Of a stretch of DNA of 64,000 nucleotides, positions 26,711-38,150 are shown piece by piece. Under the pieces are notes generated by a model that did no database searches, was not told where the DNA came from, and saw only the letters and a list, made by a program, of their open reading frames with translations. Within the stretch, counting starts at the first letter, position 1, and each line of letters begins with the position of its first letter. Origin of the DNA: Octopus sinensis (Eukaryota); assembly GCF_006345805.1 (NCBI RefSeq), contig NC_043017.1:23932001-23996000 (forward strand), in the 5' to 3' direction. Both the position numbers and the translations under genes were made by a program.

Positions 26711-28560
26711 AATAATAATAATGAAATTATTGTATACAGTGCTCAGGTGCACCACAACTTGTCAAAAAGTGCGTATAAAGCGTATGCAGTAATGTACAAA
26801 TGTCTGGAAAGCAAACAATGTATGAGTCAGATACATGCTTGCGTGTGTATGGAGGGGAGAAAATCAGGTGTAGTGTTGGCGAATCTGAGGAAGCATGGAA
26901 GTTTTGAAGGATGCAGTGCTCCGACAACTAACAACTGATGCCGGCAGTTTGTTCCATGCTTCAGCAACTCTCGAAGGATCTTTCTTAACTACGTTCTTTT
27001 CTTTTTCTACATTGATTTGCCCGGGATCCTATAAAATTGCTAAGACGACACTGGATTGAATGCTGGGGCTTTCTCTTTCTATTTCTTTGACTTTGTCGTC
27101 ACTTTATTCAATTACAAATTACGCACGTGCGTTGTGTGTGTGTGTGTGTTACTTTCTGTAATAGAAATTTTCTTAATTTGAAAAACAATGGAATTCAACT
27201 GATTGTGCGGATGCGAGAAATAAGAGTTATGCTAATGCTGCGGAAACGCAACAATATTTTTTAATTGAATAAAAAATAAATTTTAAATATAATACAAAAA
27301 AAAAAAAGTCACTACCGACTAAGTGGCGCGCTTATTCCGAAATACTGGCCTCCATCATAACATGATACAATTGAAAAAAAAAAATTGAAGTTCTAAAAGG
27401 AAACCAAAAACTGAAAAAGCAGATGTGTCGGGCATACCCCTAAAATTCCACCTCTGCCCACCAAAAGAAATTTCTACGATGTTAATACATTTTCAACAAC
27501 GGAGATAACGATTTTACATTAAAATAAATAAATAAATAAACTTTCCAGAGTTCCAATATCTGATTCCCTCTACTCCACCAAATTCTTTGTTTACGATTTT
27601 TTTTTTTTTTTTTGCATAAGTGTACGTTTTGAAATCCGGAAATGATTCTAAGGTTTTAATCCTCATCCTCCTCGCTTCCTCCCATGCTGGGATTATAAAG
27701 GAAGCTTGGGAAGTACACTAGTGAGAGTTTACAGTGTGCAAACACAGTATTTCACATAGGTGAGGACAGCCTTCTCTCATGATGGACTTGTGAGTAACGA
27801 AAAACGTTACGGATACCATGCAGAAGAAAGAAGAATTATATGACTGAAAAATCTAATTTGTCTTCTAATTAATAAAGCATTGGGGGCACAAATTTTCCCT
27901 AATATCCTAGGGGTAGGGACTGTTATTTGTCCATAAAACAACAGCGCTAATGGTTACTTATTTTGTTGGTACATGTTTTTCCACAATTGAAGAAAAGCGA
28001 GGTTTCAAAACCTCAAATATTAAAAATAAATTGTTTGCATAAGAAGTCTGACAAATATGGTCAGAGTGAGAATTGGCTGCTATTTCGAGCTGGTTATTCG
28101 ATCACGAGACTTCTCTCTGGTGTTGATAGCTTCAAGTGTCGTATACCTTGAGGAATTTTTTAGTCAAGTGAATCGACCCCAGTACTTTTTTTAAAGTCTG
28201 GTGCTTATTTTATCGAGTCATATTGGCTTTGAAACACTTAACTGCCAGCAGTTGTGAAGCTTTTTGCAGGCACTCCAGGTTTGTCCCTTCCATATTGAGA
28301 AAGTTTTTTTTTACAGTTAGTACCAATGATGTTCCTCTATTCAGTCTTCTTTGCTTCAAGGAACAGACCAATTTTGACTGTAGCATTCCCAAGAGAATTT
28401 TGTGCATTGCAAAACTGATGTGACTTAAGGAAAAGACTTGACATAGTCAAGGTTAGAGAGACACACGCTGCTGATGTTTTGATCACTTCTACTTGATGGT
28501 TAAGCACTTGTCTTGGACAAGCTCAAGGCTTTGCCTAAGGATATAATCTGAATGACTCTT

Positions 28561-28948
28561 GGATGGAAGCACTCCGTCGATTACGACGATGAGGGTTCCG
28601 GTTGATCCGAATCAACGGAACAGCCTGCTCGTAAAATTAACGTGTAAGTGGCTGAGCACTCCACAGACACGTGTACCCTTAACGTAGTTCTCGGGGATAT
28701 TCAGCGTGACACAGAGAGTGACAAGGCCGGCCCTCTGAAGTACAGGTACAACAGAAACAGGAAGTAAGATTGAGAGAAAGTTGTGGTGAAAGAGTACAGC
28801 AGGGATCACCACAATCCCCTGCCGGAGCCTCGTGGAGCTTTTAGGTATTTTCGCTCAATAAACACTCACAACGCCCGGTCTGGGAATCGAAACCGTGATC
28901 CTACAACCGCGAGTCCGCTGCCCTAACGACTGGGCCATTGCGCCTCCA
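28561..28948 (-). mobile_element. tRNA-derived SINE family C, full length with TSD
   Basis: 13-bp TSD CTGAATGACTCTT at 28548-28560 and 28949-28961. A-box-like TGGCCCAGT and B box GGTTTCGATTCC. Confidence 0.9.
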
Positions 28949-30086
28949 CTGAATGACTCTTACTGTTGTTGGAAACTACTTAGTTGGACTACCTTACGGG
29001 TAACAGTACCTTCACTAACATGAGTTTTTATGTGAAGATAAAATCAAGTTATTCAAGTGGTACCAGCTTATAAGCTGTAGTAGGTTCTATTGGATTTTAT
29101 ATGCTGCCAAGATTTCTTTCCCTGTGGTGAATTCACACTGCGCGGGTCCTTCAATAAGTAAACGGATTTACTATATCAATACATGATCTAAGATCATCAA
29201 TTTTTTCTCTATGCAACATATTTCAAATTTTCAGCTAATCATTTCAATATAGAACTTCGATACTTTGGCTTTCTGCCTTTTAAGGGGTCATTTCAAAACT
29301 AAACTTCTCGATCACGTCTACACAGCTGCTGAGATTTTCCAGCAACTTAATTTTCTAAGGTATTGACAAGGTTTCCCTTTTTTACCTGCATGATTACTCA
29401 TAATGATATATGCAGGCATTTTTTAGCATTTTCAACACCAAGTGTAGCGCTGCACACTTGGTAATTAATGCAAGCACGAAGATATTGTTATGACGTCTGC
29501 TGACAACAAACCGATACCAACAAACTAGGCTAAACTGGGAAAGCCCAGCCCAGAGCAGCAAAGGTCACTCTTAACAGCTGACAGCTCGACAAGTGGCCCG
29601 CAACAGCTGTACATCACCCGTAAACATTTCAAATTTTTACTGGATTTTTTTCAGCCTGTGGAGCTTCTTTCATCGAAAAATCTTTCAGAGTTTAGAGACC
29701 TTGGATATCGGATTATCAACCTGTAATGATATTAGACTACTGTAGGAATTCTGGTCAAAACATGCAAAGGAGAAGCAAAAAGAGCAATGACTTTATGCAT
29801 ACTTTTACGTTAAAAGATATATAAATATTTTAAATCTCTAAATGGTTTTGTAGAAGTTTCTCGTTTATCAGACATTTATTGCTGTATTTAAAAGAAAAAT
29901 AACGAAATAAAGCAAAAAATTTCTATTTATCTTGACTCCTATTTCTGGGTTAATTTTCTGAAAATAGACCTTATATACAAGGAATATAAAAGGTATCAGC
30001 ATGTATTAAAGAGATAACGATTCCAAAATTGTTTTTTTTTTCTTTTTGTATCATACCCCGACACGTGTGTGTGCGTGTGCGCATAC

Positions 30087-30117
<31 letters not shown>

Positions 30118-30769
30118 AATCTCTAATCTTTCAGATTACTATCAACGAATTACAGTCACTAAAGGCGCATTGTTCCCCAGTTGATTATTTACGTCACAAC
30201 CGACAGACATTTTGAAATCCGACAGCTGAACATTAAACAGCATCATGCACAATAATAACAATAATAGTAATAATAATAATAATGATAATAATGATAATGA
30301 GCATCGTCATTAAAAACATCTAAATAAGCCTCGCAACTTATAAGAACGACCGAAAGAGCAAATCAAAAAGACCGACTTCAGAACATTGACAAATCGTCAT
30401 CAATAACTGTTGCAACAATAAATAGGTATTGACAGCAACAAAATATGCCTTATAAGACGCAGTAATCACCTCGTACATTGGCAAATGGTCGTAATTTTGT
30501 TGAGGATGGGGGTGCAGTTGGTACTTGACTGGTGATATATTTAATTGGCCCTGCAAGGACGGCAGACAAAAATCCAACCCCTGCCATCAAAACGTTTAGG
30601 GATACAACTAGCTACTGCAACACATTTAGTTCGGGCCCCTTACTGTTTTGCAGCTCCTCATTTAACACTAAAGGCAGCACCAATTCTAATACTTTATGTT
30701 AACAAAACATAAGCACAACTGTACAACATCAAACACTCTCTTGCGTCTACACACAACCTTACAAATTTT

Positions 30770-30802
<33 letters not shown>

Positions 30803-30848
30803 ATATATATATATAATATATATATATAATATATATATATAATATATA

Positions 30849-30906
<58 letters not shown>

Positions 30907-31033
30907 AAAGTAAAAAAATATACAAACTGGGACAAGAACGTGAAACATTTAGAAGACGACACAAAAAACACGGACGGGACTTTCGAAGTCATCAGTCAAG
31001 AACCGGATCATCTTCGCAATTTCGGCTGATATA

Positions 31034-31073
<40 letters not shown>

Positions 31074-31499
31074 TATGCTGACATAAAAATTGAATCAAAT
31101 GCTTGTAATTTCAGTATGAACAATTCCTTTTTCCCTGCGTTATTATGCTGAGTGGTTAAAAAGTAGCTGAAAGGTAGGATGCTGTAGTCTCTCACAGGAA
31201 CATTAGCGGCCTAGGTGAAATGAAATATCAACAACCAGGAAATCAAAAGGGGCTGTAGCCAGCAACTGAATGCATATGTATGAGGTCGAGTGAGTGAATG
31301 AGTGAGAGATTCATGAATATGTTCATTACACATGGACATATTTTATAAACTGTATCATATTTAAAGATTCAGTTGCTTCTAAGCTAGTCGGAAATTGGCG
31401 AGCAAGGAATAAAATGTAAACAAACGGCATGTGTTAACTCAGTGGAGCCATTGAAAGTGTCCAAGAACACCCCTAATTAGTGTTAGGATTGCCATATCA

Positions 31500-31648
31500 A
31501 CATGTCCGTCGGTAAGGGGATGCACTGGACGGCGCTGTCTCCTCACCATTCAATGGTGCACCCTCAGATTTACTCCACTTTAGCATTATTACAAATTAAT
31601 GCCAACCCAGAATATTCTGAAGCACACCCAGGCACTAAAGCCTGCATA
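31500..31648. repeat. Dispersed repeat (MITE-like fragment)
   Basis: Reverse-complement homolog of 50790-50942 (GGTGCACC.TCAGATTTAC; CCCAGAATATTCTGAAGCAC). Confidence 0.7.
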
Positions 31649-33299
31649 TCAATAAACAAATAGAAGTAACACTGATTTCTAAAACTGGTACAAGCCTAAG
31701 GAGAGAGCAGAGACAATTATATCGACACCCTGCACTATGCTAGTACTTATTTTATCGATCCTGGAGGGGTGAAAGTAAGCGTCGACCTCAGCAGGACTTG
31801 AATATAGAACGTAAAGAGGCGTAAATAAATGCTACACGGTATTTTGTCCAGCTTTCTACCGATACTTCACTCCTATCATTAACGATAATATTCGAATAAA
31901 AAATAGTGTGAGCAATTAGCAAAATCAATAGAGCCTTGACATGATGTCTTTCGGAATTTTGTTACGGTACATTGCATTCTGAGCTGAAATTCTACATGGG
32001 TGAACTTTGCCCTTCATCCGTCTACGGTCGATGAAATATAACAATGAAATATTGGGGGTTGGTTTTATCGATTATACCCTCCCCTAAAAATATGTTGTCT
32101 TGTGTCAGTGTTAAAAATCAATATTGATGAAATAAAGGGACTGCACAGATTTCCGTGTTATTTGGCTGCTGAGCAAACGGGTGATTTGTATCTGGTCATT
32201 GGCAATGCATGTATCTGTAATCAAGACAACTCTTAACGGTTGAGTTCACTTAGCTAGGTAACATGGACCGCATAATTCAACAGTGTAAACAGCAACAACT
32301 GCCCACTGTTCAATTCTTCTAGAGAGAAAGAGAGAGAAAAAAACTATCAGAAAAAGACCAGCGCCGGTCACTCGTCGGCTTAATGCAGGAACTAACAATA
32401 ATAAACCGAGTCAACGAGGAGGCCGTTACGTGATAATTCGGCCTGTTAGAATATTTGGTCTTAAATATAATACTATGTCAAGAAAACTAAAAGATGTGCG
32501 TGATAGCTCCGACCGGAATGCCTTTGAACATAGATCTATTCAAGATGATAAACATCGACTTTATTGATCCCAGTAATTCGTAGAAAAAAAATAAAGAAAA
32601 ACATTAGCTGCAGAAAAAGTATAAAAGATAATTTAAAAGTAAGAGCACCACACAACAAATATATTGACCTGACGGAGTAGCATTAAGCAGAGTCTCACAT
32701 AAATAGACGACATGGTGGGTAGCTTTTATTTTCCTTTAAGGAAATAATGAAAAAGAAAAAGAAAAACATTTCAAGAGACAGGTGTTTCGTAGAATCAAAC
32801 TTCACACAGACAATGTTGCAAACAGATATTTATTGTTTTCATTTTTTTTTTCTTCTTCTTACAAGGTAGAGTTAACTTAGCACATGGAGAACCGTTGACT
32901 GCATCGACTGCAACATATTACTGATGTACTTATATTATCGATTGACGTGACTTAAACTGAGCATGTATAAGAAATAATCTAAATAGTTACACATTGAGTC
33001 AGCTTTAATATATTCCCTTCAGCTGTCTTCACCAACCTGGTAATAAATTGTAATAATTATCGATTGTTTTGGAAACAGAAGCCAAGGGTCAAAAGATCTT
33101 ACTATTGCTATTTATTTCATTGATTCTGTCCCCGCCAAATTCGAACTCAGAACGCAAATGAGGAACAGAAAAAACAAACAAACAAGCAAAAAACATGCTC
33201 CTCGGTTTCAGCTAATATGTACTACTCTTAAATTATACTGAAAAACAAGAAAATAAGCATACAAAATAAGAATATATATATATATATAACTGCACTTAC

Positions 33300-33375
33300 C
33301 AGGGTACTTTTTACCCATAGTCTTCAATACTTTCTCTAAATCTTTCAGCAGTGACATTTCTTTTGTTTTCTTCAT
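33300..33375 (-). CDS. Candidate first coding exon, MKKTKEMSLLKDLEKVLKTMGKKYP (phase 1)
   Basis: ATG at 33375, 25 open codons and a strong donor G|GTAAGT. CRE and GC box lie ~130 nt upstream. No homology recognised. Confidence 0.35.
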
Positions 33376-33497
33376 AACAGCTCGACAACGTTACTTCCTA
33401 TTAGGCCTTTGAAACAAACAACTTCGGAGTTGCTTCTGTTATTGTTGTTGATAATTTCCAAAGAGTTCCTCACTTTTGGTCCAAAATCTTACAATCA

Positions 33498-33516
33498 CCC
33501 CCGCCCATGACGTCAT
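33498..33516. promoter_or_regulatory. Adjacent GC box and palindromic CRE
   Basis: CCCCCGCCC (33498-33506) directly abuts ATGACGTCAT (33507-33516) in non-repetitive DNA. Confidence 0.45.
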
Positions 33517-34270
33517 TAGACAAGATAAAACAAGATGAATAAAGAAGTAAAATTTCTATAAATAAAATAAATAATCTAACTGGTATTTTTCTTTAAAAGA
33601 ATATACCTATTAGGTAAATAATACTCGAATGCAAAAATTAACTAGTTTCATTTACAAACTTATAAAAGAGAGAAGCGGTAGTAAGTGGTGTTGAAGAGAT
33701 AAATATACCTTTCTTTTCCTAAATCTGTGTATCTATGATAAGTTTGTGTGAGTGTGGTTGGATGAATGCGTTTCACTTTTCTTGTCTTTCTTTCAGATTA
33801 TTCCTCAGATTCCAGAATAGGAAACAAACTATGCTTAAAACTCTATACACAAGTTGAACATTAAATTGCATTAATTATAAATAATAAACAGATTTATAAT
33901 ATTAAAAAAAATAAATACATTTCCTCGCGGTAGTGTGCTCAGAAAAGTTTTGGAAGGAATATACAAATTATGCTTGCATGCTGGCTTCGAGGAGAAGGAA
34001 GGAAAAATATAAAGTTATACATGTATTAAGAATCACTAGCATCGCTCTGACATCTATGCTCACACACGTGCGTACACACATACACATTCCAATTAAACAC
34101 ATAATCATGAAATGTATAATCAAGCGCACAGATATGAACATACACATATAATTGAACATGCAGGCAGGCACGCGGGCGTGCGCAAATATATATATATATT
34201 TATACATATACATATATAGATCATCATCATCATCGTTTAGCGTCCGCCTTCCATGCTGGCATGGGTTGGA

Positions 34271-34332
<62 letters not shown>

Positions 34333-34344
34333 AATAAATGCACC

Positions 34345-34579
34345 CTTTTAAAGCCTAGCCAGGCTCATGGGCCCGGTTTCAATGGCGTATGTGTTCCCCA
34401 GCTGGACAGGACGTCAGTCCAACACAGCGTAACTCATTTTTGCCAGTTGAGTGAACTAGAGCAACATGAAATGAAGTGTTTTGCTCAAGAACACAACGCG
34501 TCGCCCCGTCCAGGAATCGAAACCACAATCTTACGATCATGATGCTGACACCCTAACCTCTAAGCCATGCGCCTCCACT
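34345..34579 (-). mobile_element. tRNA-derived SINE with a family C-like head and a different tail
   Basis: Minus strand starts GTGGAGGCGCATGGCTTAG, with B box GGTTTCGATTCC. Confidence 0.75.
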
Positions 34580-34807
34580 TATATATATATATACACATTA
34601 CATACGTTTGTGTGTGTGTATAGATAGGTATATACATACAAATATATATATATGTTATGTGTGTGAGTGTGTGCGTGTGTGGATATATATATATATATAT
34701 ACATAGTTAATCCAAACATGAAAACACAAAGAGAAAACACGACAACGCGAGGACATGGAACAAGTATAGAGTTATTGGACGCTCAGGCAAGGAAAGAAAG
34801 AAGGAGG

Positions 34808-34840
34808 ATTTAACGTTTCGAGCGGAGCTCTTCATCAGAT
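34808..34840 (-). ncRNA. Minimal type I hammerhead ribozyme motif with intact core (Penelope pLTR-like repeat ~34705-34840)
   Basis: CTGATGA-A-GAGC-TCC-GCTC-GAAA-CG-TTA: conserved core, 4-bp helix II and palindromic ACGT helix III. The 5' strand of helix I appears to be missing. Confidence 0.7.
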
Positions 34841-34959
34841 TTGCACCAAAATTTAGCTAACGTGGAGGACTGGAGCCATCTGCATATTGGAAGAGATTTA
34901 CCTATACCATGATGATTCAAAATACCAATATGACTGCTGCTCAATGCTCTGTGAACACT

Positions 34960-35163
34960 AAGGTGGCGAGCATGCCAGGTGAAATGGTTAGTAATATTTC
35001 GTCTGTCTTTACATTCTAGGTTCAAATTCTGCTGAGGTCGACTTTGCCTTTCATCCTTTCGGGATCGATATGTTAAGTACCAGTTGCATACTGGGGTTGA
35101 TCTAATTAACTGCCCCCCACCCCAAAAAAAAATTTCAGGCCTTGTGCCTCGAGTAGAAAAGAA
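34960..35163 (+). mobile_element. SINE family B
   Basis: Collinear with 10925-11143. Confidence 0.8.
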
Positions 35164-35199
35164 TGCTCTATGAACATTGTAAAGGCTTTAAGACATGAT

Positions 35200-35400
35200 A
35201 TGTGCAGCTGCAACAAAGACTACAAAGCTATGACCAGCAGCCTTTTTTGGACTTATATCCAGTGAAGGTGATGTCATGCCACCACAGGTTTTTGAACAGG
35301 ACCTTAAGCTCAATTCAAACACCTATATGAAACTGCTGAAAGGCCGTACGTGTGGGAGCCACATTCCATTCCCTGCCATACTTCAAGAAAGAGTTAGAAG
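35200..35400 (+). pseudogene. DD37D-type transposase fragment
   Basis: SEGDVMPPQVFEQDLKLNSNTYMKLL resembles NEGHVMPPYFFPQGLRVNSATCIEVL in the 11827 element. Confidence 0.6.
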
Positions 35401-35699
35401 TGTTAGGGTACACTTCTTTCAATTGCTGTCTGCCAAATCTACTCACAAGATTGGTCAGCCTGTGAGTAGAGTAAAAGATATTCTTATAAATTCATACAAG
35501 TAGCTTTAAAATTTCTCCAGTCAGTTCTTATTCTGGTGTCTGTACTTTTAGAATATCTTCTTCCACTTCTAATTAGGTCAAATAGGTAACAAAAGCTATT
35601 AACTACTTCTAAGGAGTCCTCATAAGCCTTTAAGAGAATCTATTTCCTGTGTGCTTGTAGTGTTATTGCTCCTGTGCATCAGCCACCAGCAGAGAGTAT

Positions 35700-36030
35700 C
35701 TATATCTTTAAAAGTTCAGAATATTGGTGGAACATTCCAATAAAAACAGCAACCCAGAGTAAGCACAACAGGCTAGATATAACAGCAAAGGACAGGGAGG
35801 AAAAAGGCAAACAAGAATGCAGAGATCAGTAGCCCAGTGAGCATGAATGACTCTTCCAAACTTGGAGGAAGGGAGAACATCCATGGAGAACTAAAGAGAA
35901 CTAAACCTACAGCTCTAGTATCCAGGCCACAGATTTTTATTTGTTCCAATTACCATAAGTGCATTGAGCGATGTAACAACTCATTTACAGGGAGACTTAG
36001 ATATGTTTGGATTCTGCAAAAAAAATTTTT
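35700..36030 (+). pseudogene. REL-endonuclease domain of an R4/Dong-like LINE, decayed
   Basis: Fragments EYWWNIPIKTAT, KHNRLD (RPD-like), EISSPVSMN, ENIHGELKR and FVPITISAL. Confidence 0.62.
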
Positions 36031-36594
36031 AAATGGCAAAACAAACTGATTCACATCCTCCAGATATATTCGAGTAGAGGAACAATAAAAATTCAAAAAA
36101 CATTACAGGTATTCTCCATTTGATGTCTCGGGTGAACATATGTACATAATCACATATATATATATAGAATGCATACACATGCAAACACAAAGAATAATGG
36201 CATATACACCAATAAGTGCAAGTTTATCTACACATGCACATAACATGTACTCATTTATGCAGACATCGACCAATTCAACTGACCACAAAACCCCAAGACT
36301 TATCTTGTTCCAAGACTTAAACTAAAAAGCCTTGCCACTTTGTTAGTGATTGACTTGAACTCTGCAAAGGAAGAACCATAGAATAAAGCCCCAAAAAAAT
36401 ACATACATACACATGCATGTACGCACAAACATCCTCACATTCAAGCACATGTACACTCATGCACATACAGATAAAGTCTATGTGTCCATGAAACTTTGTC
36501 ACGTGGAGTTGAATTACACTGTGTTTATATATAACATAAAAACACAAACAAACATGCATGCACAAACACATACAAACACACAAACATATATGTG

Positions 36595-36960
36595 GCGGGG
36601 CATTGTGTGGTGAGAAGTTCACTTCTCAACCATATGGTTTTCAGTTCAATCCCACTATAGGGCAAGTGTTTTCTACTATAGCCTCCAGCTGACCAAAGCC
36701 TTGTGAGCAGCTTTGTTAGATGGAAACTGAAAAAAGCTCTGTGTGTGTGTGTGAGATCATATGATAATTGTAAGCAAGTATCACCAGCTTATGAATGGTA
36801 CCTTTCATATCTAATCTTCAGAAAAAACCTTTCTAATCAAGGGAAATATTAACTTACTAGCAAACAGGTGAAGGTTGGTGACAGGAAGGTCATCCAGCAG
36901 TAGAAAATTTTCCACGACAAATTTTGTCTGACCCAAGTGGACAGTAAAACAATGATGACG
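36595..36960 (+). mobile_element. Decayed SINE with a family A-like head and an RTE-like tail
   Basis: TGTGTGGTGAGAAG head, GTTCAATCCC B box, GGAAGGTCATCCAGCAGTAGAAAA and a (GAT)n-like end. Confidence 0.6.
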
Positions 36961-37104
36961 ATTTTATATATATATATATAAATCCATATAGACAAATACG
37001 AATTCATTCATCTATATAGATTTGGATGTGCTGACTATCTTCTGTTATCTCCGATGGCGCTGGATCGGGATGCAAAGGGTAGGTTCATAGCATTTGCAAA
37101 TATA

Positions 37105-37743
37105 TCATCATCATCATCGTTTAACAGCCGTTTTCTGTGCTAGCACGGGTTGGACGGTTCGACCGGGGTCTGGGAAGCCAGGAGGCTGCATCAGGCTCCA
37201 GTCAGATCTGGCAGTGTTTCTACAGCTGGATGCCCTTCCTAATGCCAACCACTCCGTGAGTGTAGTGGGTGCATTTTACGTACCAAAGGCACAGGTGCCA
37301 AGGGAGTCAAGCAGCGACCACGATCAGTTGCTGCCTTTTACGTGCCACCGGCACAGAAGCCAGTCAAGGCGGCGCTGGCATCGGCCACATTCGGATGGTG
37401 CTTTTTGCGTGCCACCGGCACAGAAGCCAGTCAACACGGCGCTGGCATCGGCCACGTTCGAATGGTGCTTTTTACGTGCCACCGGCACAGAAGCCAGTCA
37501 AGGCGGCGCTGGCATCGGCCACGTTCAGATGGTGCTTTTTACGTGCCACCGGCACAGAAGCCAGTCAAGGTGGTGCTGGCATCGGCCACGTTCGGATTGA
37601 GCTTTTTACGTGCCACCGGCACAGGTATCACAACTACTATTTCCATTGATATTTATTTTGATGTTCATGTACTTGACTCAATAGGTCTCCTCAAGCACAG
37701 CAGGTTGTTCTGAAATCCAAGGTACTTTAAATGGGCTGGGGCT
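37105..37743 (-). mobile_element. RTE-type 3' UTR retrocopy with a 67-bp tandem array
   Basis: (CAT)n tail at 37105. GCCACCGGCACAG recurs at 37344, 37411, 37478, 37545 and 37612 (period 67). Confidence 0.82.
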
Positions 37744-37787
37744 ATTTCAGAACAACCCGCTGTGGTTGAGGAGACCTATTGAGTCAA

Positions 37788-37822
<35 letters not shown>

Positions 37823-38118
37823 GGTATGTATGTATATATATATATATATATATACATAATATTAATTTATCTTATATTTAATCTTTCTATAATATGTAAT
37901 TTTTCTAATTGGTATAATTTAATTTTTCATTATTGAATTGATAAAAGGTGTAACTCCAGATTCTTATGTTACCAGAATAAACAAACTTGTAACTCATCAG
38001 AAAAATGTGTTGATTGTAGTGGTACTTACTTTGATGAATAAAATTTCCGCATTGTTGAAATATATTGTGATGAATTTCATGTTTTAAAACGTTGCTTACT
38101 TATTACTCAGCCTGATAT

Positions 38119-38150
<32 letters not shown>

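Noticed and set aside
28870-28948. tRNA gene (also similar heads at 4.7, 21.2 and 61.6 kb)
   Set aside because: These are SINE heads or isolated B boxes with no complete cloverleaf.
33797-33915. Plus-strand terminal exon (TTTCAG|ATTATTCC..., AATAAA); similar acceptor near 30134
   Set aside because: No upstream partner exon or recognisable protein, and such signals arise by chance in AT-rich DNA.
37333-37624. CRISPR-like 67-bp periodicity and three overlapping ORFs
   Set aside because: Whole units are near-identical with no unique spacers, there are no cas genes, and the array lies in a retroelement UTR.
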